Source: an uncultured Fibrobacteria bacterium
Lineage (GTDB): Bacteria > Fibrobacterota > Fibrobacteria > UBA11236
DNA: 64,000 bases
NCBI GenBank assembly: GCA_963716395.1
Contig: OY970309.1
Location: 2,816,001 to 2,880,000 of the forward strand
Direction of reading: 5' to 3'
Made by a program: the position numbers and the translations under genes
The notes under the pieces: model-generated
Seen by the model: only the letters and a program-made list of their open reading frames with translations
Told to the model about the DNA's origin: nothing
Database searches by the model: none
In this document: in pieces, positions 9,932-19,082 of the stretch
Position numbering within the stretch: the stretch's first letter is position 1
Layout: each line of letters opens with the position of its first letter

Positions 9932-11182
9932 TTGGGATTGGAAAAGCGAAGAGAAGTCGTGATTACGGGTTTGGGTGTCGTCAGCCCTTTGGGCTTCGAC
10001 GTGGATACTTACTTCTCCCATCTCCTGGCGGGCAAAAGCGGCGTCAGCGCCATCGCGCGTTTCGACGCTTCGGCCTATCCGGTGCAATTCGCCGGCGAGG
10101 TGAAGGGTTTCGACGCCACGGAATGCTTCGACCCCAAGGAGGCCCAGCGCACCAGCCGGTACATCCAATATCTGATGCATGCCGCCCTGCAGGCCGTGCG
10201 CCAGGCCGGATTCGATCAAGACCCGCCGCGGCGCGATCGCGCCGGGGTGATTCTGGGTTCGGGCATGGGCGGCATCGAGGTCTTCACCGAAAACGCGCAA
10301 TTGCTTGGCACGCGCGGACCCAAACGCGTGTCGCCTTTTTTTGTGCCCATGGCCATCACCAATATGGGTAGCGGCATGGTGGCCATTCGCCTGGGCTGGG
10401 GCGGTCCGAATTGGGCCGTGACATCGGCCTGCACCACGGGCAACCACGCGGTGGCCGCGGCCTCGGATCAAATCCGGCTGGGGCGCGCCGACGTCATGCT
10501 GGCCGGCGGGTCCGAAGAGGCGGTGTGCCCGGCGTCGCTGGCCGGTTTCAGCAATATGAAGGCATTGTCGCGCCGCAACGAAGATCCGGCCCGCGCCTCG
10601 CGCCCCTTTGATCGCGGCCGCGACGGATTCGTGTTAGGTGAAGGCGGCGGCGTGCTGGTTTTGGAGGCGCGTGAACACGCCGAAGCGCGCGGTGCCAAAA
10701 TTCTCGGCAGCGTGCGCGGTTATGGAATGAGTTGTGATGCGTATCACATGTCGGCGCCCCTGGAAAGCGGCGAAGCCGTGGCCCGGGCCATCGAGAGCGC
10801 CATTGTCGATGCCGGCATTTCCAAATCCGAAATCGGACTGGTTAACGCACATGCCACTTCGACCCCGCTGGGCGACGCCGCTGAGGTCAAGGCCTTGCGG
10901 CGCGTGTTCGGCGCCGGGTTGGAACACATGAAGGTGCACAGCACCAAGTCGATGATCGGCCATTTGCTGGGCGGCGCTTCGGGCGTCGAAGCCGTGGCCT
11001 TGGTGATGACCTTGAACTCGGGCAAGGTGCATCCCACCATCAACATGCAGGATCCCGATCCCGACTGCCCGGTCGATTGCGTGCCCAACGTTGCGTCGAC
11101 CACCACGACGCGCATCGGTATCAGCAACAGCTTCGGCTTCGGCGGCCACAATAGTTGTGTCGTGATCGAAAAAGGTGAGTGA
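9932..11182 (+). CDS. fabF: Beta-ketoacyl-ACP synthase II
   Basis: VVITGLGVVSPLG, TSACTTG catalytic Cys, NAHATSTPLGD, STKSMIGHLLG, SNSFGFGGHN; start may be TTG 9938. Confidence 0.95.
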   Translation: MGLEKRREVVITGLGVVSPLGFDVDTYFSHLLAGKSGVSAIARFDASAYPVQFAGEVKGFDATECFDPKEAQRTSRYIQYLMHAALQAVRQAGFDQDPPRRDRAGVILGSGMGGIEVFTENAQLLGTRGPKRVSPFFVPMAITNMGSGMVAIRLGWGGPNWAVTSACTTGNHAVAAASDQIRLGRADVMLAGGSEEAVCPASLAGFSNMKALSRRNEDPARASRPFDRGRDGFVLGEGGGVLVLEAREHAEARGAKILGSVRGYGMSCDAYHMSAPLESGEAVARAIESAIVDAGISKSEIGLVNAHATSTPLGDAAEVKALRRVFGAGLEHMKVHSTKSMIGHLLGGASGVEAVALVMTLNSGKVHPTINMQDPDPDCPVDCVPNVASTTTTRIGISNSFGFGGHNSCVVIEKGE

Positions 11183-11329
11183 AAATTTTCGGGGTTAAAG
11201 CGTACCTCTAATCATCGCGTTCTCCGTCTGCGGCGGACCCGGCAGCGAAGGCATCGGCCTTCGACAGGCTCGGAACCAAGCTCAGGTCTCGTCCACTTCC
11301 GGCCGGGGTCCAGTTCCGCGGTTTGGGAA

Positions 11330-12355
11330 TCAGGCCACCAGGGTTTTGCCGGTCGAGTGTAAGTCGTCGCAGGCTTCTTTGACGCGCGCCGCCATGCTCT
11401 TCTCGCCCGCTTTCAAGAACGCGCGCGGGTCGTACATCTTTTTGTTGCCCACTTCGCCGTCGATCTTGAGCACTCCGTCGTAGTTCTTGAACATGTGATC
11501 GGCGATGGGGCGGGTGAAAGCGTATTGGGTGTCGGTGTCGACGTTCATCTTGACCACGCCATAGGCGAGCGTTTCATGGATTTCCTCTTTGGTGGATCCG
11601 GAACCTCCGTGGAAGACCAGGTCGAAGCGGGCCTTGTGCTTGGCCTTGAGTGCGTCCTGACCCTCTTTGAGAATGATCGGCTTCAGCTTCACGTTTCCGG
11701 GTTTGTACACGCCATGCACATTACCGAAGGTGGCTGCGAACATATAGCGTCCGCCCTTGGTTTGCGACAACGCCTCGTACACGCCAATCATGTCTTGGGG
11801 AGTTGTGTACAGCTTTTCGGCGGGAGCGCCTTCATGGCTGACGCCGTCTTCTTCGCCCCCCACCACGCCGGCCTCGACTTCGAGAATGATTTCGTTCTTG
11901 GCGCACAGCGCCATCAACTCCTTGGCGATCTTCATGTTGTCGCCCAGCGGCAATTCCGAGCCGTCGAACATGTGGCTGTTGAACAGGTTGGGGCGGCCCT
12001 GGGCGCGGCGCTTTTCGGTTTCGGCGATCAGCGGGCGCAAAAAGGTGTCGACTTTTTTGGGCTGGCAATGATCGGTGTGCAGGGCGATGTACACCGGATA
12101 TTTTTCCGCCATCAGTTGCACGTGCTGGGCCAGGGAAATGGCGCCCAGCACCATGTCTTTGACCTTGGTGCCCGAGGCGTGTTCGCCCCCGCCCGTGGAA
12201 ACCTGGATGATGCCGTCGGATTTGGCGTCGGCAAAGCCGGCCAGCGCCGCATTGGCGGTTTCGAGGTCCGACACGTTGATGGCCGGAAAAGCGTAATGGT
12301 TCTGGTTGGCCGTGTCGAGCATGCGGCAATAGGTTTTGTAATCCACCATGGGCAT
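11330..12355 (-). CDS. fbaA: Class II fructose-bisphosphate aldolase
   Basis: ALHTDHC, FNSHMFDGS, GGEEDG, FGNVHGVYKPG, VFHGGSGS, KMNVDTD motifs; GGAG RBS before ATG 12355. Confidence 0.96.
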   Translation of the reverse strand: MPMVDYKTYCRMLDTANQNHYAFPAINVSDLETANAALAGFADAKSDGIIQVSTGGGEHASGTKVKDMVLGAISLAQHVQLMAEKYPVYIALHTDHCQPKKVDTFLRPLIAETEKRRAQGRPNLFNSHMFDGSELPLGDNMKIAKELMALCAKNEIILEVEAGVVGGEEDGVSHEGAPAEKLYTTPQDMIGVYEALSQTKGGRYMFAATFGNVHGVYKPGNVKLKPIILKEGQDALKAKHKARFDLVFHGGSGSTKEEIHETLAYGVVKMNVDTDTQYAFTRPIADHMFKNYDGVLKIDGEVGNKKMYDPRAFLKAGEKSMAARVKEACDDLHSTGKTLVA

Positions 12356-12454
12356 AAAAGGCTCCTTCGCGAGTGAAAACGACACCGCAAATTTACATCG
12401 CTTGGGCCGGCCTGTGCATGCCGCGAAGGCGCGGGCGCAATCTATGTTTTGCGC

Positions 12455-13975
12455 ATGATGCAAGAGGCCGCCGGCGCCGCATCGCCGGTTGATTCCGGCG
12501 GCAAATTCAGCGGCATATCCGGGGCGGAAAAATCCGCAGGAGAAAAAACCTATTCCGTGGGGCAGTACAACCGCAGCGTCGAGCGCCGGGTCAAGGCGTT
12601 TCCGCGCGTGTGGGTGCAAGGTGTCATCACCCAATTGCAAGTACGCGGCCGGGCCGCCTACTTGACTTTGGCCGAGTTCGCCGAGGGTGATGCCAAACCC
12701 AAGGCCGTGCTCGACGTGATGTTATGGGCCGCCGAATTGGAATACTTCAATGCGCGCTTCGCGCAGTTGGCCACGCCGTTCACCCTACGGCCCGAGCTCA
12801 AGGTTTCGGTGCTGCTCGAGTCGAGCTTTTACGTGCCCACCGGCCGCTTTCAACCCCATGTCAAAGAGGTAGACGAATTCTTCACCTTGGGCGAACTCAG
12901 CCTCACTCGCCGCAAAACTTTGGAGCGCCTGCAACAAGCGGGATTGCTCGATCGCAACAAACGTCTCATTCTGTCCGAAGTGCCGCTGCGCCTCGGTTTG
13001 ATTTCGGCGCCGGGTTCGGCGGCCTATCAGGATTTCACCACCACCTTGCTGCAATCCGGATTCGCCTTTCAGATCTTTTTTGCCCCGGCGCGCATGCAGG
13101 GGCCGGCCACCGAAGACACGGTCACGGCCGCGCTCGGGGCCTTGGCGCGGCATGGTCTCGACGCCATTTGCATCGTGCGCGGCGGCGGCTCCAAAACCGA
13201 TTTGGTGTACTTCGATTCCGAAAAAATCTGCCGCGCCATCGCGCTGTGCCCCGTGCCGGTATTGACGGGCATCGGGCATGAAATCGACCGGGCCTTGGCC
13301 GACGTGGTGGCGCATGCCGATCTCATCACGCCCACCGATTGCGCCAAGTTTCTCGAAGGCCGCGTCGAGGACGCCTGGCAGGATTTGCACCGCAAGGCTG
13401 AACTCGTGCGCGAAACCTGGGCCTTGGTCTATCAGGAAACCGGGTATACGGCCATCCGCCAGGCGCAGGCCTTGCGCGCGGCGTGGGAGGGTCAGGCGCG
13501 GCGCGAAGGCTTGCGCCAATCCGCGGCCTATCATGCCGCCGTGGCCGGATCGGGTCGCCTCTTGCGCGCGGCCCGGGATCATGGCCGGCAGAATCTCACC
13601 GGACTGTTGCGCGGGCCGAACAAATTGACCCGACTGGAACATTTGCGCTTTCTCAATCGCGCGGGTCTTTTGCACAAGACCTGGGAGGTGTGGCGCGCGC
13701 AGCAGCGCGGCCTGCTGGCACTGGGCCGTTCCCGTCTCACCCAAGCCTGGCTGCATGCGGCGCGCCGGACGCAAGACCGGTTAGACTCGCAGGAAAAACT
13801 GGCGCAGTCCGCCGATCCCGTCCGGCTGTTGCGCCGGGGTTATGCCTTGGTATATGACAAGGCCGGACGGTTATTGAGCGGTGCTGAAGCCGTGGCCCCA
13901 GGCCAGGAATTGCGCACCCGCTTTTGGGACGGCGCCGTACTCAGCCGGGTTCACGGCAAGGAGAAATCGGAATGA
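12455..13975 (+). CDS. xseA: Exodeoxyribonuclease VII large subunit
   Basis: N-terminal OB fold (VWVQGVIT), SAAYQDF, VRGGGSKTDL, TGIGHEID, TPT, LRRGYALV. Confidence 0.93.
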   Translation: MMQEAAGAASPVDSGGKFSGISGAEKSAGEKTYSVGQYNRSVERRVKAFPRVWVQGVITQLQVRGRAAYLTLAEFAEGDAKPKAVLDVMLWAAELEYFNARFAQLATPFTLRPELKVSVLLESSFYVPTGRFQPHVKEVDEFFTLGELSLTRRKTLERLQQAGLLDRNKRLILSEVPLRLGLISAPGSAAYQDFTTTLLQSGFAFQIFFAPARMQGPATEDTVTAALGALARHGLDAICIVRGGGSKTDLVYFDSEKICRAIALCPVPVLTGIGHEIDRALADVVAHADLITPTDCAKFLEGRVEDAWQDLHRKAELVRETWALVYQETGYTAIRQAQALRAAWEGQARREGLRQSAAYHAAVAGSGRLLRAARDHGRQNLTGLLRGPNKLTRLEHLRFLNRAGLLHKTWEVWRAQQRGLLALGRSRLTQAWLHAARRTQDRLDSQEKLAQSADPVRLLRRGYALVYDKAGRLLSGAEAVAPGQELRTRFWDGAVLSRVHGKEKSE

Positions 13976-14205
13976 CAGACGCACCCCTGAGCTACGGCGA
14001 AGCCGTGAAACGGCTCGATGCCATTCTCGAAGACATCGATCAAAGCCGCGTGCCCATCGACGTGCTGGCCGAGCGGGTGATGGAAGCCGCCGCGTTGCTG
14101 CGGCGCTGCAAAAGCGTGCTCACCGACACCGAAGCCAAGGTGCGCGAAGTGCTGCAGGATTTGGAGCAGGATTTCGGCGAGGGGTCCGAAGAGGCCGGGG
14201 CGTGA
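13972..14205 (+). CDS. xseB: Exodeoxyribonuclease VII small subunit
   Basis: LSYGEAVKRLDAILEDI...LLRRCKSVLTDTEAKV; ATGA overlap with xseA. Confidence 0.92.
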   Translation: MTDAPLSYGEAVKRLDAILEDIDQSRVPIDVLAERVMEAAALLRRCKSVLTDTEAKVREVLQDLEQDFGEGSEEAGA

Positions 14206-14681
14206 ATCGCGACGACCGCCATGCGGCCGACGTTTTTGAACTGACCTACCGTGAATTCGCCGCCCTCAAGCCCACCCATTACCGTTGGAGCCGGCTCGCC
14301 CCCGAGGCCGTGTCGGTGTTGCGCCGCGCGCGCGCTGAAACCTGGTCGGCCGAAAAGTTGGCCGAATATCTGCACTGCCCGGTGGACGAAGCGCAAGGGC
14401 GTTTGCGGCGCTATGTGCTTTCGGAACGGGTGAACGACATGCCCACCAGCGCCGACAAAATATTCGCCTTGTTCGAAGAGTGGCTGCGCCCCTATGAAAG
14501 CGCGCCGGCCGCGCGCAAGCAGAAGGCGCGCGACGTGGTTCGCCTGTTGGCCAGCCAATTGCAAGCGGCGGCCGAATCCGGCGAAACCCTGGACCAGGTG
14601 GCTGCGGCCCTGGAAGGCGTCGAGCCGCCGTCGCCGCCGACTTCGGAGCGGCCGGCCTGGGGACCGCAATGGAAGGATTGA
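14202..14681 (+). CDS. Hypothetical alpha-helical protein, possible HTH-like segment
   Basis: GTGA overlap with xseB stop, typical codon usage, fills the gap to the next gene. Confidence 0.7.
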   Translation: MNRDDRHAADVFELTYREFAALKPTHYRWSRLAPEAVSVLRRARAETWSAEKLAEYLHCPVDEAQGRLRRYVLSERVNDMPTSADKIFALFEEWLRPYESAPAARKQKARDVVRLLASQLQAAAESGETLDQVAAALEGVEPPSPPTSERPAWGPQWKD

Positions 14682-14710
14682 CCAAGGCCGGAGACAAAAG
14701 GAATTCGAAG

Positions 14711-15214
14711 ATGAAACTGGATATCGGCTGCGGGAACAAGAAGCGGGCCGGAACGCATGGGGTTGATCGCGCCGCCCTTCCCGGGGTCGACACCGTACAT
14801 GATTTGAATGTGTTTCCCTATCCCTTCGCCGACGCTTCCTGCGAGGAAATCTGGCTCACCGACGTGCTGGAACATTTGGACAATGCGTTGCGGGTGATGG
14901 AGGAGATTTACCGGCTTCTGAAACCCGGCGGATTGGCGCATGTCAAGGTGGTGCATTGGTCGCATCATCACGCCTATGCCGATCCCACCCATGTCCGGTT
15001 TTTTGGTCCGGAGATGTGGGACTTTTTTACCGGCAAAGGCCGCGACTATTACACCCTGGCGCAATTTGAATTGGTCGCGAAAAAATTCGCTTACGACACC
15101 ACCGTGTGGATGTTCCTGCCCATTCCTCCGCTGCTCAATTTTCTGGGGTATTTCCTGAACAACGTCATCGAAAGCGTGATCGTCACCCTGCGCAAACCCG
15201 AAAGCGCGGCATGA
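14711..15214 (+). CDS. Class I SAM-dependent methyltransferase
   Basis: KLDIGCG motif I, VLEHL, EIYRLLKPGG, DPTH. Confidence 0.9.
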   Translation: MKLDIGCGNKKRAGTHGVDRAALPGVDTVHDLNVFPYPFADASCEEIWLTDVLEHLDNALRVMEEIYRLLKPGGLAHVKVVHWSHHHAYADPTHVRFFGPEMWDFFTGKGRDYYTLAQFELVAKKFAYDTTVWMFLPIPPLLNFLGYFLNNVIESVIVTLRKPESAA

Positions 15215-16053
15215 TCGAATTGTCGGGCCGTAACCTCAAGGTTTCGGTGCTCGACCCGGTCGCCGATCGCGGCCGGCTCGGCAGTCGCTATTGCACCGGC
15301 GGATACCTCTGGCAGGTCGAAGATGCACAGCGTGGTCCGCTGTTCACCGGGCCCTGCGCGCCGGATCGGGTCACGGCCTTCGACGGTCAGGGCGCCCCCG
15401 AAGTGTTCGAAATCGCCCTAGGCGCCGATCGCGCGCCCGTGGGCGGCACGGTGGGGGTGATCGGCGTGGGCGTCGTCCGGCGCGAAAGCCCGGTGCGGCC
15501 CTTTCACGTGCGCGACAATTCCACCGTGGGGCGGTTCGTGGACTGGACCATCGAAACCGACGCCTCGTTCTGCCGCATGCAGACCCGGCAGGTCTTCGCG
15601 GAATACGCCCTGGAATTGACCCGGCTGGTCACGGTGCAGGGCCGCGCGGTGGAATCGCGCACCGTAATCCGCAATCGGGCCAACCCTTCGCTGCCCGTGC
15701 GCTGGTTCGCCCATCCCTTTTTTCCCTGGACCGATCCTTTGTGCCGCTTTTCGCTGGAATGCTCGGTGCCGCCCAACCCCGGTTTCGCCCTGGGCGATGA
15801 CGGGTTTCTGGTTCGCCGCGCCGAATGCGATTGGCAGGTCGGCTGCTTTCAGCCCTTGCAACTTTGCTTCGGTTATCCGTTGCAGGTCGAACAAAAACAC
15901 CCGGCCGTCGGGACCGTGGAGGTCACCTGCGGGTTTCCCATGGCGTGGCTGCCGGTTTGGGGCAATGCCCGGACCTTTTCCTTTGAGCCGTACTTTCATA
16001 CCGTGTTGGAAAACGGCGGTAGCGCGGATTGGTTCATCCGCTACCGATTCTGA
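15211..16053 (+). CDS. Galactose-mutarotase/aldose-epimerase-like fold protein
   Basis: Beta-rich; WFAHPFF and FSFEPY resemble mutarotase His/Glu motifs; ATGA overlap with upstream gene. Confidence 0.6.
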   Translation: MIELSGRNLKVSVLDPVADRGRLGSRYCTGGYLWQVEDAQRGPLFTGPCAPDRVTAFDGQGAPEVFEIALGADRAPVGGTVGVIGVGVVRRESPVRPFHVRDNSTVGRFVDWTIETDASFCRMQTRQVFAEYALELTRLVTVQGRAVESRTVIRNRANPSLPVRWFAHPFFPWTDPLCRFSLECSVPPNPGFALGDDGFLVRRAECDWQVGCFQPLQLCFGYPLQVEQKHPAVGTVEVTCGFPMAWLPVWGNARTFSFEPYFHTVLENGGSADWFIRYRF

Positions 16054-16065
16054 GGCGGCCGCGCG

Positions 16066-16836
16066 GTGTTGGCCAAAGACCACGGGTTTTTACTGCGGAA
16101 AATTCCCTTTTCCGAATCGAGTTTCATTCTCAAAGCGTTCACGCGCGAGCACGGCCTGGTGTCGCTTATCGCCAAGGGCGCCAAACGCCCCGGCTCGCGC
16201 TTTCGCGGGCTATTGGAACCGGTGCTGCACCTGCAATGGCTGTTCCCGGAATTTTCCCGATCCGAATTGCGCACCCTGTCCGAAGTCAATCTGCTGCGCG
16301 ATTTCTCCGCCGTGCGCAGCGATCCCGCCAAGCAGGGGTTGACCCGGGTGTTCGCCGAGTTGGTGCTGCGCTACCCGCCGGGCGAAAGCGACGCCGCCGA
16401 GTTCCACGACCTGTTGTTGTCCGCCGAGGAGGAATTGGAGGTCATGCCGGCGCAGCGCGAAGGGTTGCAGGCGCGCCTGTGCGCTTTTCTCTTGGATTTC
16501 ATCCGGCTCTCGGGGTTCCGGCCGCAATTCCGGGAATGCATGCGCTGCGGAGCGGCGATGACGCAGCCGGCCGTGGCCTTTTACCCGGATCGCGGCGGGC
16601 CGATTTGCACCCGCTGCCAACGCGAAGCGCCGGGTGGGGAATACCACCTGCTTCGGGAAGACACCTGGCGCTGGCTCGATGCGCTGCAACACCATGCTCC
16701 GCCGCCGGCTTTGGGCCGCACCGAAACCTGGCGCGCCGAAAGCTTTCTGTTGCAATATTTGGGATTGCACGCCGGGGGCGAAAAAAAATTGAAGTCGCTG
16801 GCGGTGTGGTACGCCCTGTGGGAAGAAGGCGAGTGA
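16066..16836 (+). CDS. recO: DNA repair protein RecO
   Basis: FSESSFILKAFTREHGLVSLIAKGAKR, CxxC...CxxC zinc finger, LKSL end. Confidence 0.93.
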   Translation: MLAKDHGFLLRKIPFSESSFILKAFTREHGLVSLIAKGAKRPGSRFRGLLEPVLHLQWLFPEFSRSELRTLSEVNLLRDFSAVRSDPAKQGLTRVFAELVLRYPPGESDAAEFHDLLLSAEEELEVMPAQREGLQARLCAFLLDFIRLSGFRPQFRECMRCGAAMTQPAVAFYPDRGGPICTRCQREAPGGEYHLLREDTWRWLDALQHHAPPPALGRTETWRAESFLLQYLGLHAGGEKKLKSLAVWYALWEEGE

Positions 16837-17810
16837 TGGGATACGGTTTACGCTTACGCACGCGCATCGCCCCCACGCCCAGCGGTTATCTGCATGTGGG
16901 CAATGCCTGGTCTTTCGTGCTGACCTGGTTGGCCGCGCGCCGCCACCAGGGTTGGATCGCCCTGCGCATCGACGATCTCGACCTCGGGCGTTGCCGCGAC
17001 GAATATCTCGAAGACATCTTCGCGTCTTTAGCCTGGCTGGGCTTGGATTGGGATCAAGGTCCGCGCAGTGCGGGGGAGTTCAGGGCTTCTTTCTCGCAGC
17101 ACCGGCGGAGCGAGCGCTACCTGGCGGCGCTCGCCGATTCCGACCGACGGCAGCATTTCTACGCCTGCGGTTGCAGCCGCACCGACATCAAGCGCGCGGC
17201 CGGGAATCGCGCCGGATGGTATCCCGGCACCTGCCGCAGCTTGGGATTGCCGCCCGGGCCGGAGCGAACCTTGCGCTACCGCGTGCCGGAAGGCGAGCGG
17301 GTGACGGCGCGCGATGCGTCGGGCGGCGCCTTGGCGTTGCGCCCCGATCGCGACCTCGGCGATTTCGTGGTGCGGCAAAAAAATGGGGCCGCCGCTTATC
17401 AGTTGGCTTCGGTGTGCGACGACGAAGACGCCCGCATCAATTTCGTGGTGCGCGGCCTCGACCTCATGCCGTCCACCGGCGCGCAGCTCAGTCTGGCCCG
17501 CGCCCTGGGCTTTTCCAACTTTCCCCAGGCCCGCTTCTGGCATCATGCTTTGGTGCGCGGTGAAACCGGCAAGCTTTCCAAATCCGCAGGCGAAGCGGGT
17601 TCCGCGCCGCTCCCGGCCGCGGCGTTGCACGCCCTACGCGCACGTTGGAGCGGTCCGGCGCCGCTGCTGCGGTTTTTCGCCCGGCGCATCGGAGGCGATC
17701 CCGACCGCGTCCATGACATCCGCGATTTACTGCCGGAATTCCGCCTGGAAAAAATAGCGGATCTTCCCTTGCCTTTCGAAGAGTGGCAGCGAAGCTGGGA
17801 GTCAATCTGA
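16836..17810 (+). CDS. gluQ: Glutamyl-Q tRNA(Asp) synthetase / truncated GluRS paralog
   Basis: RIAPTPSGYLHVGN, RIDDLD, AYQLASVCDD, VRGLDL, KLSKS; lacks anticodon-binding domain. Confidence 0.85.
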   Translation: MGYGLRLRTRIAPTPSGYLHVGNAWSFVLTWLAARRHQGWIALRIDDLDLGRCRDEYLEDIFASLAWLGLDWDQGPRSAGEFRASFSQHRRSERYLAALADSDRRQHFYACGCSRTDIKRAAGNRAGWYPGTCRSLGLPPGPERTLRYRVPEGERVTARDASGGALALRPDRDLGDFVVRQKNGAAAYQLASVCDDEDARINFVVRGLDLMPSTGAQLSLARALGFSNFPQARFWHHALVRGETGKLSKSAGEAGSAPLPAAALHALRARWSGPAPLLRFFARRIGGDPDRVHDIRDLLPEFRLEKIADLPLPFEEWQRSWESI

Positions 17811-18571
17811 TGCTGTCGGCGCAGGAAATTCAAGGGCGGAAATCGCCGCCGCTGGTCATGGTCACGGCCTATGATTTCGCCTTTGCGGGCGTGCTGGAAG
17901 AAGCCGGCGTCGACATCGTGCTGGTGGGCGACTCTGCGGCCAATGTGGTTTTGGGTCTACCTTCGACCCGCGGCATCGGCCTGGAAGAATTGCTGTTGTT
18001 CACCGCGGCGGTGGCGCGTGGAGCGCCCGGCACCCATGTGCTGGCCGACATGCCCTATGGCTCCGACGCCACGCCGGATTTGGCGGTGAGCAATGCGCGC
18101 CGCTTCGTGGCGGCCGGCGCCGCTTCGGTCAAGCTCGAAGGCCCCAAGCTCGACGTAGTGCGGGCCTTGACGGAGGCGAAAATTCCGGTCATGGGCCATC
18201 TGGGCGTGATGCCGCAAACCGCCGCCTCCTTCCGCCGGGTGGGGAAAAGCGAAGCCGACGGCGCGCGCCTGTTGCGCGAAGCGCTCGATCTCCAGGCGGC
18301 CGGCGCCTATACCGTACTGCTGGAAAACGTCGCCGCCGCAGCGGCCCGGCGCATCACCGCAGCCTTGTCCGTACCCACCATCGGAATTGGTTCCGGTCCC
18401 GGTGTGACCGGACAGGTGCAAGTGCTGCATGACCTGCTCGGCCTATCGCGGCATCCGCCGCCCTTTGCCCAAGCCTTCGCCGACTTGCGCCCGGCTGCGG
18501 TGGGCGGCATCCGGGCCTTTGGCGACGCCGTGCGGCGCGGCGATTTTCCGGCCCCGCCCGAACGCGGTTAA
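17810..18571 (+). CDS. panB: 3-methyl-2-oxobutanoate hydroxymethyltransferase
   Basis: MVTAYD, LVGDS, ADMPYGS, VKLEG, MGHLG, PTIGIGSG. Confidence 0.95.
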   Translation: MLSAQEIQGRKSPPLVMVTAYDFAFAGVLEEAGVDIVLVGDSAANVVLGLPSTRGIGLEELLLFTAAVARGAPGTHVLADMPYGSDATPDLAVSNARRFVAAGAASVKLEGPKLDVVRALTEAKIPVMGHLGVMPQTAASFRRVGKSEADGARLLREALDLQAAGAYTVLLENVAAAAARRITAALSVPTIGIGSGPGVTGQVQVLHDLLGLSRHPPPFAQAFADLRPAAVGGIRAFGDAVRRGDFPAPPERG

Positions 18572-18582
18572 TTTTGTCCTCC

Positions 18583-18888
18583 ATGCCCGAATCCCCGGCC
18601 CTGCGGCCCGAACCCGGACTCGAAATCGTCGAAGGGCGCGAGTTCATCGCGGAAAACGTCGCCATCTCGGGGCGGCATTTCGTGCGTTGCTCTTTCAACT
18701 TCTGCAACCTCATCTACTCCGGCGGGCCCGTGGGCCTGGTGGAATGCGGCGGGGGGCATAACCATCTGGTCGAGGTCGGGCCCATGGCCGAAGCCTTGCG
18801 TGATCTGTCGGGCGACGAAATCCGCGACAAGATGATCCGATACTGGAAAGACGTGCGCAAAGGCCTGAATCTCGATCCCGAGCCCTGA
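18583..18888 (+). CDS. Small hypothetical protein with short beta-helix-like segment
   Basis: ISGRHFVRCSFNFCNLIYSGG pattern; follows panB on the same strand. Confidence 0.6.
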   Translation: MPESPALRPEPGLEIVEGREFIAENVAISGRHFVRCSFNFCNLIYSGGPVGLVECGGGHNHLVEVGPMAEALRDLSGDEIRDKMIRYWKDVRKGLNLDPEP

Positions 18889-19082
18889 ATCGCTGATTTC
18901 TCCCCGTCACGCGGCCCCTATGCCGCGTCAAGCCATTGGGTTCCCGACCTGAAGGGCGAATGAAGAAAAAGCTTCAAGTTTTCCCTCGCGTTGGAGTCAT
19001 TGGGTTTTATGCGAAAGTGTCGGCAATCTGAAGCTTTCCAAACTTTCCAAGCACCGCTGCGAGACGGTAAAATAGAATCGCG

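Noticed and set aside
16029-16835. Apparent long N-terminal extension of the GluQ ORF
   Set aside because: Overlaps recO in another frame; real start is ATG 16836 coupled to the recO stop
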